64,000 nt of DNA from Octopus vulgaris (GCA_951406725.2 OX597815.1:60016001-60080000), one strand, 5' to 3'. Shown: positions 1 to 14,213, counted from the stretch's first letter. Numbers and translations are program-made. Notes: a model not told the origin generated them from the letters alone.

Positions 1-461
1 ACTCACATACATGCGTGCATATACATACATGATTCTGTATATGCATACATACAGAAATATATTTACATATATACATACATACAGAAATATACATATATAC
101 ATACACACAGAAATACATATACTTATATACATACCTACAGAAATATACATACATATATATAGAAGAATAATAAAGAGAAAGTTATTGGTTCAGTATTATA
201 TATATTTGCAAGAATGAGTAGAGATGGATTTTTTAGGCAGACAAACATACAGAAATATACACACATATATATAGAAGAATAATAAAGAGAAAGTTCTTGG
301 TTCAGTATTATATATATTTGCAAGAATGAGTAGAGATGGATTTTTTGAGGGGATAAATTTTATTTTAGTCTTGAGATTAAAATAAAAATGATCCCCTCCC
401 CCCAAACCATCTCTACTCATTCTTTCAAATATATATAATACTGTACCAAGAACTTTTACTT

Positions 462-516
<55 letters not shown>

Positions 517-611
517 CTCCTTCTTCCCTTTTTTCCTGAGCGCCTAATAATAATACTTTAATTGTTCCACCTCTTTGTGTTGTTGGCTTTTCTGTTTTCT
601 TGTTTGGATTA

Positions 612-676
<65 letters not shown>

Positions 677-692
677 TATAAATGTATATATA

Positions 693-2187
693 CAGAGTGC
701 TGGGGATAAATTGTCGTCTAAATTACGCAAAAATGAAAGCAACACTAACATCTCATTTTAACAGATATATTTACCAAAATTACATAAAAATATGTCGAAA
801 TGCTAAAGAGTATAGTTATTCATTAAAATCGCCATGGGCTCCAACTACGGTCTCCAGACGATTTCGGAATCCCCTGCAACTCTTCTTGACGGTCTCCTTG
901 TTTAATTTGGTGAACGCTGCCATAATCCTTGCCTTCACTTCATCTTTGGTGTAACAAAGAGTTTTGTTGGTCTCTCGCTCAACTGCACACTACACAGAGT
1001 AATCAAGGGGGTGGAAGTCTGGGGAGTAAGGTGGTTAGATGTTAGGGGTGATGAGGTCGCAGAAATTGTCTGACAACTATCTATGGGTTCTCCTGCTTGT
1101 GTGGCATGGTCACAGTCCTGTTCTTATTTCTTTACTTCCCACAAAGGGCTAAAGACAGAAGGAACAGACAAGGACAGACAAACGGATTAAGTCGATTATA
1201 TCGACCTCAGTGCAACCCCGAAAGGATGAAAGGCAAAGTCGACCTCGGCGGAATTTGAACTCAGAACGTAGACGCAGACGAAATACCGCTAAGCATTTCG
1301 CCCGGCGTACTAACGTTTCTGCCAACTCGCCGCCTTTTGCACAGTCCTGTTGATAGACATAGGGTCTTCCAGCAACCACCCTCTTGACCCAGGGCAGCAC
1401 TTCCTCCTCCAGGCACTTCATGTAGGCAGTGTAAGAAGAGGAATGGAGGCATAACGTCGCCACCACCAGTGATCACTCCAAACCTCATGATGTTGATTAA
1501 TGTTTGATTTTTATCACTTTCGGTACATGTTTTGGAGAAACGGCAAGCCAACGATTGTTCTGTGTGCTCACCATCTGATTCTGGCAGAAATTTTTCTCGT
1601 CAGAGAAAGACCAAAGCATGTTCCGCTGGAAAGGATGTTTGAGTTTGTTCAAATGCTTCGTAGCGCGGTCTTTCCTCTTGTACAAGATGGCTTGGGATAA
1701 AAATTGGACCTTTCTCATCTTGTATGAGGAATACCGAATACCTTCATGCACTACCTACCTGATAAGAAACTCAGACACTCCCATGTCCCTGGCGATAGAC
1801 CGGATTGGCTTGTAGGGATCGTTGTTAATCAGGCCTGGATCCCACCAACAAATTCAGGAGTTATTTTGTTATCAGAACGATCAGAGTGAGTTTTCCGAAC
1901 TGCCCTACCTTTATAATCACCATTACATTCATTCAACTCTTTCCGAATCCTCTGCACTGTTCTCAGATTGACACCCAAACACTATGAAATGTTCGTATTG
2001 GAGCTTCCGTCGCGAATGCCAAGCAGTACAGCATGTCGTCTCCAAATTTCTGGCAGAGTCAATTGTGTCATGGTGCTGTTTTTCTCACAGACAGTATCCA
2101 CTGTGCAGTCGACAAACTAAAAAACACACAATGCACATGCGCGAAATTAAAAATATAAAATGGCGACAATTTACCCATCGCACCCTG
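693..2187 (-). mobile_element. Degenerate Tc1/mariner-superfamily DNA transposon (maT/DD37D-like), interrupted by a SINE
   Basis: Imperfect TIRs CAGAGTGCTGGGGATAAATTGTCG (693) and CGACAATTTACCCATCGCACCCTG (to 2187), flanked by TA. Minus-strand transposase remnants: WSFSDEKNF, RPYVYQQDCA, PPYSPDFHPLDYSV, with stops and frameshifts. Confidence 0.85.
1123..1339 (-). mobile_element. tRNA-derived SINE (octopus OK/OR-like, family A) with target-site duplication
   Basis: Minus strand begins GGCGGCGAGTTGGCAGAA and has a B-box-like GAGTTCAAATTCC. Flanked by the direct repeat CACAGTCCTGTT at 1111-1122 and 1340-1351. Confidence 0.85.
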
Positions 2188-2257
2188 TATATGTCTATAT
2201 ATGTGGTTATATATATGTGTGTGTATACGTATAATATGTATATTTATATGTGCATAT

Positions 2258-2307
<50 letters not shown>

Positions 2308-2339
2308 TATATAAAAATAGAAAGAGATGGAAGATGGCA

Positions 2340-4250
2340 AACATGTGAATATTGATCACTACAATTGTTTCAACCCATCTAGCATCGATCCCTCGTAGAT
2401 GAGATACTGAACATCTGACTTAGGTGCATCGGTTGGTGGAGATGTCTCCTCGGGTGATTTCAATAGGTATCTCGTTAATAAAAACTCTGTTACGTAAGAT
2501 TTCTTCTTGGTCTTATATAAATGGTAGATTGAGGTGTACAGTTTCGTATTTATAGAAGACCCATAACAAATGCCAGATACTAAAAAGAAACAAATACACA
2601 ATACAGCGAAAAAGCTATTAGATATAACCGTTAGTAGATATGGATGTATAAACGCCCACACATACGTGGTCTGGCGCACTTACACTCGCTCGTACAAACG
2701 CAGACGCACATACAAGCACACGCGCGCGTGTTTTGGTTCACATACACTCAAGAAATTAAGTAGATATTAATAAAGTCATTACCTATTATCTGGTAGTGAT
2801 AGGACTCCGCTTGGTGAGGAGTCACAGATTCTGTTGTGCGGTTCATTGGGTCTGGCTGGTATACTCATAGGAGTTGTACAGATATAAATACTGACATAGT
2901 AGATGTGTATTTTTTTAATGGCTAATAAAACAATCGATAGCCTGTAGAAAGCATCAATGTCTGGGTAAGGATCACCAGTGTAGATAGGCGTAGGATTTAT
3001 CGAGTTTTTACCCCACGGTGAGCGATACTTATTGAGAGACTAAAGTTGGTATTTTTCTCACTTTAAGCGGTATACAATGACCAAGGGGCATCCAAGTGAT
3101 GTTGGCAACTAGTTGGCATTATTTTTTTAAGAATGGGGAAGTTACAGTTATACATCTATACGTGTAGGCAAAGTGAAGTTATTAATTTAGTCGACGATTA
3201 CTCTAATTAATGCGCACTGTATTGTACGAAAGTACTCTTAGTGGCATGTAAGTATCTTGATAATCTTTCAGAAATCCTATAATGAACTTCTCATTGGTCC
3301 ACAAAATGGAAAGCGATTCCTCAGAGCTCAGTCTGCATCTACTAGAAAGGATATTGTACAGTTGTGCATGTTTTATTGTGGACAAACTGAGATTATATTT
3401 CATTTCGTATTTAATCTTTTGCCACACAAAATCAGTCAAAGATGTCGAATTTTATTGAAGCTGGCGACATGGTTTCGATATCAGTTCTTGAAAGAATCAG
3501 CCGTTGCACCATCTAATCAGAGGGCTCTCCCCTTTTGTGTACGGTGCACTTATATACAACATTTGTACTCATACGGAGGGTCATCAATAGGCATTTTGTT
3601 TTTTCTCTGCATGGGCATTTATTAGATTTAGTTGCATTTGAGACTCTGCTGATCTCAATTCCCGACACCATTACTGTGTCGTTTATATCCTTATGTTTGT
3701 TATCCGGTTGTAGCCGCAGCGAGTGTTCATTTTGGTTGGTATTGCTTTTCTTGACATTTTGTTCTTTGTTATCCTTTCTATTTGTCGAACCGGAAGGCTA
3801 GGGGTTCAGTGGGTGGTTTATTCGACGGTTGGTTAATTTTTCTGTAATTAATGTGGCGTAGTTGTTATTCTAGGTTAGTAGAGTTTACGTGTACCTATTA
3901 AAATAGTAAAGCATGTGTTTGATTTTGGGAAACATTTATCTAAAGTGACAAAAATTTCCCTAGCGATCTGTGAATTGTGGATTAGGTTATACCAGAGGAC
4001 ATCATGTTTATCATATTTGTATTGTGTTGTGAGTTGTAGTATGGTTGTGTTGTGTGTGTCTAGGAGTTTTGGAGTGTCGTTTGATGTCTTGACTAATTCC
4101 TTTTGACTTATATAGTCGATCCGAGTCAGTTTACTTACTGTAACGTTGTGTTCGTATGTAGCGTGTATTATTAGTGATGGAATTGGTAAAGTTGTGTATA
4201 TCGGCGTCGTGTATGTATTAAATTTTCTCTCGGTAACCAACCCTGCCTAA
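2340..4250 (-). mobile_element. Penelope-like element relic (RT-linker, GIY-YIG endonuclease, 3' region)
   Basis: Minus-strand remnants VLWYN..IAREIFVTLDKCFPKS, NVVYKCTV..GATADSFKN.YRNH and NSTSLTDFVWQKIKYEMKYNLSLSTIKHAQLYNILSSRCRLSSEE match the PLE linker and GIY-YIG layout. Confidence 0.75.
2356..2439 (-). ncRNA. Degenerate type I hammerhead-like motif
   Basis: Minus strand: CCGAUGC-acc..ggUU-GAAA-caauug-UA. Palindromic stem III and a GUA triplet, but two core changes and a poor stem I. Lies at the 3' end of the PLE relic. Confidence 0.4.
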
Positions 4251-4451
4251 AGCAGTATTGTAATAGGGTGCGTGGGATACGAAAATTTCTTTAGTAGCAC
4301 ACATCACACACAAACACACACACAACTCTGTCCGTGGCTAAGAGTTATTTTGACTCTTATTTCTAACGCTGCTGGTGATGACTTGTACCTTTAGTCACGT
4401 TTAATAACCACTGTGTTTGTGCCTTTTGATTTTAAATTGCGTCTAGCCACC

Positions 4452-4508
<57 letters not shown>

Positions 4509-4604
4509 CATGAATGCATGAATGCATGAATGCATACATACATACATACATACATACATACATACATACTTTCATACATACAAATGTATGTATATATATA
4601 TATG

Positions 4605-4636
<32 letters not shown>

Positions 4637-4642
4637 TATAAA

Positions 4643-5080
4643 GTAATTAACTAATTAATTAATAAATTATTGGATGCCTTACAGCAGTTTCTGGGATATA
4701 CCAAGTGATAGGTTAGCATCTCTATACACTGGGTATTCCGTTATCAGAGACAAGGTGAGTATGTATGAAAGTTCTAGATAGGGAACTCACAGCTTATAAA
4801 GGAATAAAACAGTAGAAGAATAAAGAGTAAAACAGTAGATAGAAGAATACAGACAGGAGAATAAAGTTCATAGCTCATCTTCTTCCAGCGGGTATGGAGG
4901 TTGGTCCATACTTTCGTCAAGGTATAGGTCCTTAAGTCACAGCTAAATCCAGGCAGTATTTTGAATGTTGCGTTCATGTTGAAGGAATAGATTAAGTGGT
5001 TAGCTAGTATGAAAATGGTCCACGCGGGTATAAAGAGGGAGCAAAACAGTAATAATGATAGATAGATATGGGTTATAGAT
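4643..5080 (-). mobile_element. Penelope pseudo-LTR copy (same family as 6600-8880)
   Basis: Nearly identical to 6716-6880 and reverse-complementary to about 8440-8810. Starts at a (TA)n edge. Confidence 0.75.
4675..4752 (-). ncRNA. Type I hammerhead ribozyme motif (G8A variant)
   Basis: Minus strand: ugucu-CUGAUAA-long stem II-GAAA-cugcug-UA-aggca. Confidence 0.65.
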
Positions 5081-5519
5081 AGATAGATATTGGCTTATTG
5101 AAGTTATCTTCATTTCGAGAAAAAGTTTTTGAGAGCCGTGTAGCTTTTACAACCAGCTCTGAATGAGGAGGGAACGTAATGCCAAGTAGTCAACAATTTT
5201 TCAGAATGAAATAGTAGAGCAAATAAAGGACATGCAGTGATAAAAACAACAGTAAGAAATGGGTTTGTAACTAGATACATATTCATCTATCCATATACAC
5301 ATATACAGACATACACATTTACAAATATATACACGTGTAAATCTATTTTAGTGACCTACATATACATACATACATACATATATATGTATATACATGTATA
5401 TATATATATATATATATACACAAATGTTACATATATACAAACATACTTACATATTTATATATATATGTATATATATATATGTCTATATATACGTATATAT
5501 ATACTTATATATACATATA

Positions 5520-5565
<46 letters not shown>

Positions 5566-5879
5566 AACATACTTACATATATATATATGTATATATATGT
5601 CTATATATACATATATATACATATATATATGTATATATATACATATATAGACATATATATACATATATATACATATATATATGTATATATATATATATAT
5701 ATGTATATATATGTATATATAGACATATATATACATACTAATATATATATATATATATATGTATCTGTGTGTGTGTATGTGTGTGTGTGTGTGTATGTGT
5801 GTGTGTGTGTGTATGTGTGTGTGTGCAGAACAGGAGTGAATAGAAATCGATGCTAAGTTCTTAATCTGATATAGGTTTT

Positions 5880-6225
5880 TTTTTATCAGATTCAACGAAA
5901 AGGTTAAAAATAAATGTTTATTTTGAACAGATTAGTCTTATTCATTCGGGAAAGAGTTGATCTTTCTTCTCAATTAGATCTGTTTGAAGACATAAAATTG
6001 AAAACTTTGACTGGCTGTTGACAATTACTTGGTGGAGGACGTTTTACCGTTTTTACACCAGAAAAGTGTTAAGTTATTTATGGCCTCTGACAAAATCTTT
6101 TTATAAAGTAAATTCTTTGTCTCATCGTTTTGATGAAACTTTCGATTTTCCGAAGTAGATATTTCAGTTTGATTAGGGTAGAAGTATTGGGATGCTTTTC
6201 TTAAAACATATGTCTATCATAGCAC
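5880..6225 (-). pseudogene. N-terminal fragment of a Penelope-like ORF
   Basis: KSIPI..LKYLLRKIESFIKTMRQRIYF..GVKTVKRPP resembles the conserved PLE N-terminus (KxESFIKRMRW..GFKSxKxPP). Confidence 0.5.
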
Positions 6226-6326
6226 CTTTTAATTATCACTGAATGTTTAGAAAAGGTGTGCTATAAAAATAGTTCATTCATACATGCACTCATGCATACG
6301 CATATACTTACATGCACACATACATG

Positions 6327-6376
<50 letters not shown>

Positions 6377-6391
6377 CATGTATATGTATGC

Positions 6392-6461
<70 letters not shown>

Positions 6462-6746
6462 GGAGAGAGGGAGAGAGAGTAAGAGAGAGTGAGAGAGAGA
6501 ATATTAGAGGTTTAGTTAACTGGTGATCTAAACACAGGAACGCTGTATAAGTGCTATAATTAGTCATCTGTTATGTTCAAAGTTCACAGCTAAGGATCCA
6601 TAGTAGGCTTCCGAGTTAGCAGGTATAGATTAAAGGAAAAAGGACAACAAAACCAAGGCAGGATGAGTATCTCAAGTTATTTAGAATATTTAATTAGAAT
6701 AAGGTGAATTTAAGGTAATTAACTAATTAATTAATAAATTATTGGA

Positions 6747-6824
6747 TGCCTTACAGCTGTTTCTGGGATATACCAAGTGATAGGTTAGCATCTCTATACA
6801 CTGGGTATTCCGTTATCAGAGACA
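6747..6824 (-). ncRNA. Type I hammerhead ribozyme motif (G8A variant)
   Basis: Minus strand: ugucu-CUGAUAA-stem II-GAAA-cagcug-UA-aggca, with palindromic stem III ACAGCUGU. Confidence 0.7.
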
Positions 6825-7087
6825 AGGTGAGTATGTATGAAAGTTCTAGATAGGGAACTCACAGCTTATAAAGGAATAAAATATATATTATCATAATATA
6901 GGCCAATGCAGAAACAATTCTAACCCCGATCATGGTAGCATATACCACACCCGTAACCCTAGCGCTATAACCATCATAAACCAGGTTACGAATATCCTCG
7001 CTTCTGAGGAAGGTCGGAGTACGGCTAAAACGAATGTTAATACTAATAGCCTTACTACTGCTAATGTTAATAATATTAATGCGATCA

Positions 7088-7831
<744 letters not shown>

Positions 7832-8689
7832 TGATCGCATTAACCAAACACATATACCATCTGATAAATAGGAAAATACCATGTAGGGTATCCTAGGCCA
7901 TAATAGATTCTGGTGTCCCATACCAAGGCCAGCGCTCCACACATGGACTCTGCCTGAAAGAAGCCCTCCAAATATTAATTCATGATTCGTCACAATTACT
8001 TAATATACAGCACGATGCATTTTCTACATGTAAACATAAGTTCTATCATACCTTTAGATTTTTCCATAGATCCAAATGCAATCAAAATCAGTATACACAA
8101 CACTTGCCTATATACATCAACAGTCGTTGTAATATACGTACGTTTTCCATTTCATGTATCAGCATAAGTATCTTAAAAGCTAGCTAGCTGCAATAACCTT
8201 TTAAATTTTTAATCTATAATCTTTTTTCATTTTTAATTTTCAATTTTTAACTTTTTAATTCTTTAATTTTTCATCTTTTATCTATTTTTAAAAATCTTTT
8301 ATACAATTTAATTGTATTTTTGATCCTTAAGTTAGGCATCTATTTTTAGCTATTTTTGGCTATCCTTACAGACCACTGAACTAAATATTCACTCTTCTAT
8401 TCACTCACACACAAACCATATGTATTTATCATGATGTCTGTCTTTCTAACTCTTTATACCCGCACGGACCATTTTCATACTAGCTAACCACTTGATGTAT
8501 TCCGTCAACATGAATGCAATATTCAAAATACTGTCTGGATTTACCTGGGATTATACTTAAGTACGGACCAACCTCCATATCCTGTCTGTATTCTTCTATC
8601 TATTGTTTTACGCTTTATCCTTATATCTACTATTTCATTCCTTTATAAACTGTGAATTCCCTGTCTAGAACTTTCATACGTACTCACTT

Positions 8690-8767
8690 TGTCTCTGATG
8701 AAGGAGTACCCAGTGTATGGAGATGCTAACCTATCACTTGGGATATCCCAGAAACAGCTGTGAGACA
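8690..8767 (+). ncRNA. Type I hammerhead ribozyme motif (intact core, GUG at cleavage triplet)
   Basis: ugucu-CUGAUGA-stem II-GAAA-cagcug-UG-agaca. Perfect 5-bp stem I. Confidence 0.75.
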
Positions 8768-8946
8768 TCCAATAATTAATTAATTAATTAATTAAATAAC
8801 TAATTAATTAATTACCTTAAATTCACCTTACTCTAATTAAACATTCTAAATGACTTGAGATACTCGTCCTGCTTATGTTTTTATTCTCGTCTTTCCTCTA
8901 ATATATATATATATATATATTTACATACATACACACACACATGCAA

Positions 8947-8977
<31 letters not shown>

Positions 8978-9024
8978 GATAGATAGATAAAACTTACTTG
9001 GAAGTGGATGCGTGGCGTTCGATC

Positions 9025-10113
9025 ATATAATAATAAATTAATAAATAAAACATATGCACATATACATACATATATGTACATACCTGACTAAAACAAGTAA
9101 AAGAGTAAAGAGTATACCTACATCTATATGTATATATACATGCATATATGGGTACAGGACGCCAAAAAACGTAGGACACAACGAGAAACAAAAACATGGA
9201 AACGGACTTTTTCAAACAACGAAAAAACAGAGTACAAGACTACAGCACAAGGAGTATTCCCCTTCTTCAGATGCCCTTGCTTCGACTACTCCGTGTTTCA
9301 AAGGTAAGGGCAAGACATGACTTCGTTGAAACAGCCCTTCCAGCAAAGCAAATTAAATAAAATTTGGGATTTTTTGCGGAGGGGTAAAAGTGGTGACAAA
9401 AACAGGACAGTAAAAACAAAACAAGACAGTAAAAGCAATACTATTAAAATCAGTAAAAGACAGGACAAGGAGAATAACACAGTAAAAACAAACGATAAGA
9501 GCCTTTAAGCCGAGACGATGGAAAAATTATTTTGAGCGCATTGAGAAAACGGCTTACGTGGACAGGAGAAGCCGTGTAGACTTGTTAAAGGCAGTAGTCA
9601 GAAAGAAAGTTAGTCACCCTCTGGTCAGCGACGAGAGGGAGGAGGAGGAGTAAGAGAAAGCCCTTATCTTTTGTTTTTGCTGTGTTATTATCCTTGTCCT
9701 GTCTTTTACTCTTTTTATTTGTATTGCTTTTACTGTCTTGTTTTGTTTTTACTGTCCTGTTCTTGTCACCACTTTTACCCCTCCGCAAAAAATCCCAAAT
9801 TTCATTTAATTTGCTTTGCGGGAAGGATTGTTTCATCGAAGTCGTGTCTTGCCCTTACCTTCGAAACACGGAGTAGTCGAAGTAGGGGCAGCTGAAGAAG
9901 GGGAATATCCCTTGTGTTGTATGTCTTGTACTCTGTTTTTTCGTTGTTTGAAAAAGTCCGTTTCTATGTTTTTGTTTTTATGTTTTCGTTTCTCGTTGTG
10001 TCCTACGATTTTTGGTGTCCTGTACCCATATATGCATGTATATATACATAGGGATGTAGGTATGTACATATATTCATGTATATATGCATATGTTTTATTT
10101 ATTAATTTGTTAT
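9025..10113. repeat. Fold-back repeat: about 470-bp inverted arms around a roughly 150-bp spacer
   Basis: 9025-9505 is reverse-complementary to about 9655-10113. The same terminus recurs at about 62980-63087. Confidence 0.85.
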
Positions 10114-10128
10114 CATATATATATATGT

Positions 10129-10163
10129 AAATGGAGTTAAACGTGTTAATTGCTAACAAGGGA

Positions 10164-10253
<90 letters not shown>

Positions 10254-10454
10254 AGTAAATAAATGGAGTTGAACGAAGATGATATTAAAATTCTTTTACT
10301 TTCGACGTATGTCGATATATATATATATATATATCGACATATGTCGAAAGTAAAAGAATTTTAATATCATCTTCGTTCAACTCCATTTATTTACTTATAT
10401 ATATATATAGATGTGTGTATTTTCCCTTGTTAGCAATTAACACGTTTAACTCCA
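10129..10454. repeat. Palindrome centred on (TA)n, built from Penelope 3'-tip sequence
   Basis: Arms 10129-10315 and 10334-10454 are reverse complements apart from (CA)n length. The arm sequence matches 46278-46328. Confidence 0.85.
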
Positions 10455-10485
10455 ATTTGTTATATAATAACAAATTAATAAATAA

Positions 10486-10527
<42 letters not shown>

Positions 10528-10603
10528 AGTGGAAATTAATAATATTAAATAATATCAATTTCAACTAGTGTCCAAGGATCGTGAATTTTATTTCAACATA
10601 AAC

Positions 10604-10739
10604 AATATAAGAGATCACTATATGGATCCCTGTATGCTAAAAATAGACGTCAAAACATCTTACCACTAAATCTGTGTTCTCAACTTAGTAAGACGTCTGT
10701 TTTTAGCATGCAAAGGATCCATATAGTGATCTCTCATAT

Positions 10740-10741
<2 letters not shown>
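10604..10741. repeat. Short inverted repeat (about 48-bp arms)
   Basis: CAATATAAGAGATCACTATATGGATCC..GACGTC versus GACGTC..GGATCCATATAGTGATCTCTCATATTG. Confidence 0.8.
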
Positions 10742-10789
<48 letters not shown>

Positions 10790-10803
10790 CATACATACAT
10801 ACA

Positions 10804-10837
<34 letters not shown>

Positions 10838-10843
10838 CATACT

Positions 10844-10875
<32 letters not shown>

Positions 10876-10950
10876 TATATATGACCGCGTGTGTACCGTT
10901 GGCGATTTTTTTCCTTCGTCTTCCCTTCTTTGGATCTTTCATTTTCCTAT

Positions 10951-10985
10951 GTTTCCGACGATGAGCTCCGCTCGAAACGTTAAAC
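10951..10985 (+). ncRNA. Minimal type I hammerhead motif (U4C variant) inside a ~205-bp (TA)n-flanked element (10882-11087)
   Basis: guuu-CCGACGA-u-gagc-ucc-gcuc-GAAA-cg-UU-aaac, with palindromic stem III AACGUU. Confidence 0.75.
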
Positions 10986-11261
10986 TCTCCTTCTTTCCTT
11001 CTTTCCTGGGCGTCCAATAATACTATACTTGTTCCACGTCCTCGCGTTGTTGTGTTTTCTCTTTGTGTTTTCATGTTTGGATTAACTATATATATATATA
11101 TATAAATATATATATGTATATATAAATATATATAATACACAAACGTGACAGAAGTAAATAGACACCCTATAAAACATCGTTTTATGCTTATTTTAACTTG
11201 AAAAAGTTTGTATTTTTTATTAATCGACATATTTATATTTCAGGTTCTATCTGTGACTAAT

Positions 11262-12177
11262 CATACCACATACAAAAGAAGGCATGGAACTGTCTGTATT
11301 TCAAAGAGGCCGTATTGTGAGTCAATCGGAGATGGATCTAGTCAGAAAACCTTGGGATCCCGCTTTCTACAGTTAGTAGAATGATTGTGCATTTCGGTTT
11401 GGAAGGCAAGGAGTCCACATTACCTCGCACAGGTTGACCAGGGCCCTCTGATAAGAGCCTTCGCTGTATTAAGTGAAGTGCGAAGGATAATTTCCATTGT
11501 AAGGTTTCTGACATAGAACAAATTGATGTCAATGTCAGAACAGCTGTCAGGTATCTCCACAAACTTGGCTGCTATGACAGATCAGCAAGAAGGAAGTCAA
11601 TTCTTCGACCAGTCAATATCAAGCGGAGAAAAGATTGAGACAGTGAGATAGTGGAGAGGTTACTAGCATTGAAACACTGTCATATTCACTGACGAGTTCA
11701 AATTTGCAGCCAACAATGAAACACGGCAGCTATTCTGTGATGTCTGGGGAGCAATTTGGAGCAATGGCTGATTAGAACTGGTGGAATGTGAGGGAAACAT
11801 AAACTCAGATAAATATGTGTTCATATTGCAGAAAGGACTCCTTCCAATCTTTCTCCAGTAGTAAGATGATTAAAGAAGACTTTCTTTATGGAAGATATGG
11901 CTCCTTGTCACACGGCTAAAAAGACCCATGGTTGGTTGAAAGAAAATGGCATTAAAAAGCTTCTATGACCAAGCTAGTCGCCAGATATGAACCCTATTGG
12001 ACACTTCTGGGTTATAATGAACAGAACACTTCATAAAAGGACAACAAAGAATATTCAAAGCCAGATCTTTTGAGATTACCAGAAATTCCTCGAGAATATT
12101 TTCGTCATCTGGCCAGTCGCATACCTAACTGGGTCATTGCATTGAAAAATGTAATGGGCATGTCTACTAAATATTAG
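11262..12177 (+). pseudogene. Degenerate Tc1-type transposase
   Basis: Remnants [54 protein letters not shown], with many stops and frameshifts. Confidence 0.85.
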
Positions 12178-12596
12178 ATATTCACATTATAATAATTAAT
12201 AAATAATTTGAATATATAATTTCAGATATAGATTAATTTTAACGAGTATAAGGGTATCTATTTACTTCTGTCAATTGTATATAAATATATACGAAATAAT
12301 ATTATCATGGAGGCAACACAGGCGAAGACTAAAAGAACATAATTGAAATACGGATCCAAAACTATAAAATGGAAATAAAAGTCCAAAATACACAAATATA
12401 TATATAAATAGACGATATCAATGCAATACATAAATACGATTGAATTTAAATAAAAACGGTTGAATTTAAGAAAATATTTGTAATTACATTTAAAATCGTA
12501 CATTGTATGATGAAATTAAAAATTTAACTTGAAATTTTTAAGTATTAAAAACATATTAAAACCAACGAAAGAAAAAAATATATATATATAAACATC

Positions 12597-12680
12597 ACAT
12601 CTATGGGCCGTTTCAGAGATGTGCCAAGGAATATGACATATTTCATATTACTAATCAAGGCACTCCCCTCATCAGGATGT
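12597..12680 (-). ncRNA. Type I hammerhead motif in a probable Penelope 3' relic (about 12260-12895)
   Basis: Minus strand: acauc-CUGAUGA-gggg.gugcc..ggcac.cucu-GAAA-cggccca-UA-gaugu. Stem III is damaged (likely ancestral ACGGCCGU). Downstream sequence 12290-12450 is duplicated at about 14780-14962. Confidence 0.7.
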
Positions 12681-12916
12681 TACTCTAAGTTCATAAATAC
12701 ATCTATCTACCAGGGTTGGTCTATCTTAGTACATGAATATCCGAATGGCACTATCTTTAATGATGTTTTTAATTCTTTCACTGTGCGCCCGCTTACTGTT
12801 GTTCTCTGTAATTTTTTTCAGTGTTTTAGGTGGTTCATTGGGGTTTTGACTCCTATTTTTCAACAGGTTAGACACCCAGGGCGTCCTTTTGCTTAGTGTT
12901 ATATATATATATATAA

Positions 12917-13230
12917 CTTTTTTATCTTATATTTGTTTCAGTCATTAGAGTGCCACCATATAATATCTAATTTAACGAACCCCTATATCCCAGTACTTAT
13001 TTTTTAAGCCTGACACTTATTCTCTCGGTATCTTTTGCCGAACCATTAAGTTACGGAGACGTACACAAACCAAGCAGTGGGGCTGGGGGCTAACACAGGC
13101 ACAGTGACACACGCAGAGGTATATACACGACAGATTTTCAATTTCCACCAACTAAATCCACTCACAAGGCTTCAATCGGCTCGTGGCTGTAGTATGTTTG
13201 AGTAGCAAACTTTTTACTACACGGCCATAT
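12917..13230 (-). mobile_element. Degenerate tRNA-derived SINE (family B)
   Basis: Shares blocks with 44369-44826 (GCCGAACC..AAGTTACGG, AAATCCACTCACAAGGC). Confidence 0.7.
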
Positions 13231-13559
13231 TCACACATACAAATATATGCATAGAAACATACACTCATACATACACACGCATATTCATATATACATCGAT
13301 GCATGTGCGTGGATATATAAACGTGTACGTAGATGAGTCGCCCTTTACACGGAAATATAAATAAAGGTTAGTATCGAGAAAGGTAACCTTAGAAAAACAG
13401 TCTAGGATGAAAGAAAGAAAAATATATGAAAGAATATATATGTGAGTGTGTGTGAGTGTGTGTATGTGTGTGTGTGAAATGGATAAATATAATTAATGAT
13501 AAAAATTTAGTTTCATTTTGATTAAAATACTAGAGACTAAGAAAATTATATATATGTTA

Positions 13560-14213
13560 CTAGCTGAAATACCAGCGTTACCCGAGATGTGGACTCAAGG
13601 TATAAACGGCAACATTGCAAAGCAATTTATTTAAATTATCGTAAATCTTGCAAAAAAAAAAAAGACAGTTTTTAAGAATATTTTATCAGATTTCATTGTT
13701 TCAAATATATACGATTTCTATGATTCTACAAAACATTATACACAATATTAAATATTTTCAGTCATCCAATTTCTATTAAGCACAATCTTAACCCTAACCT
13801 AAAACACTCATTCTAAATGCTTACAGCAAATCCTATCTTTAAATCCTAAATATAAGGCCTTATCTCAAAACTGTAAATCAACTTATCACTGATTCTTTAA
13901 TCCTAATAGTGACTCAAATACTTCTCTTAAATCCTAACACCAATCCCTAACCCTAAGATTGTTTTTGTGTAGAATAGTAATATGCTACGTTTAAAACATA
14001 CACGTTTGGAGAAAAACATTTGAAAAGTACCATCGGGTACATGCCCTGAAATGCATGGAACAAAAATGATAAAATATCAAGAAATTTTTTGGAAAATATA
14101 TGGAAGTCACGTGGGACATTTTTCCGGTACTTTGTAAAGCAATATTAAAAGACCAGACATACCGACCGACATAGAGCACCTAGGTCTCTGCAAAGAATAA
14201 TTTGTGTTATCAA

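Noticed and set aside
6999-7042. CUGAGGA-hairpin-AAAA motif
   Set aside because: The GAAA box is altered and there is no stem I pairing, so it is probably chance.
9851-9905. GAAA followed by CUGAAGA, suggesting a type II hammerhead
   Set aside because: No stem I can form. The region is better explained as a simple hairpin.
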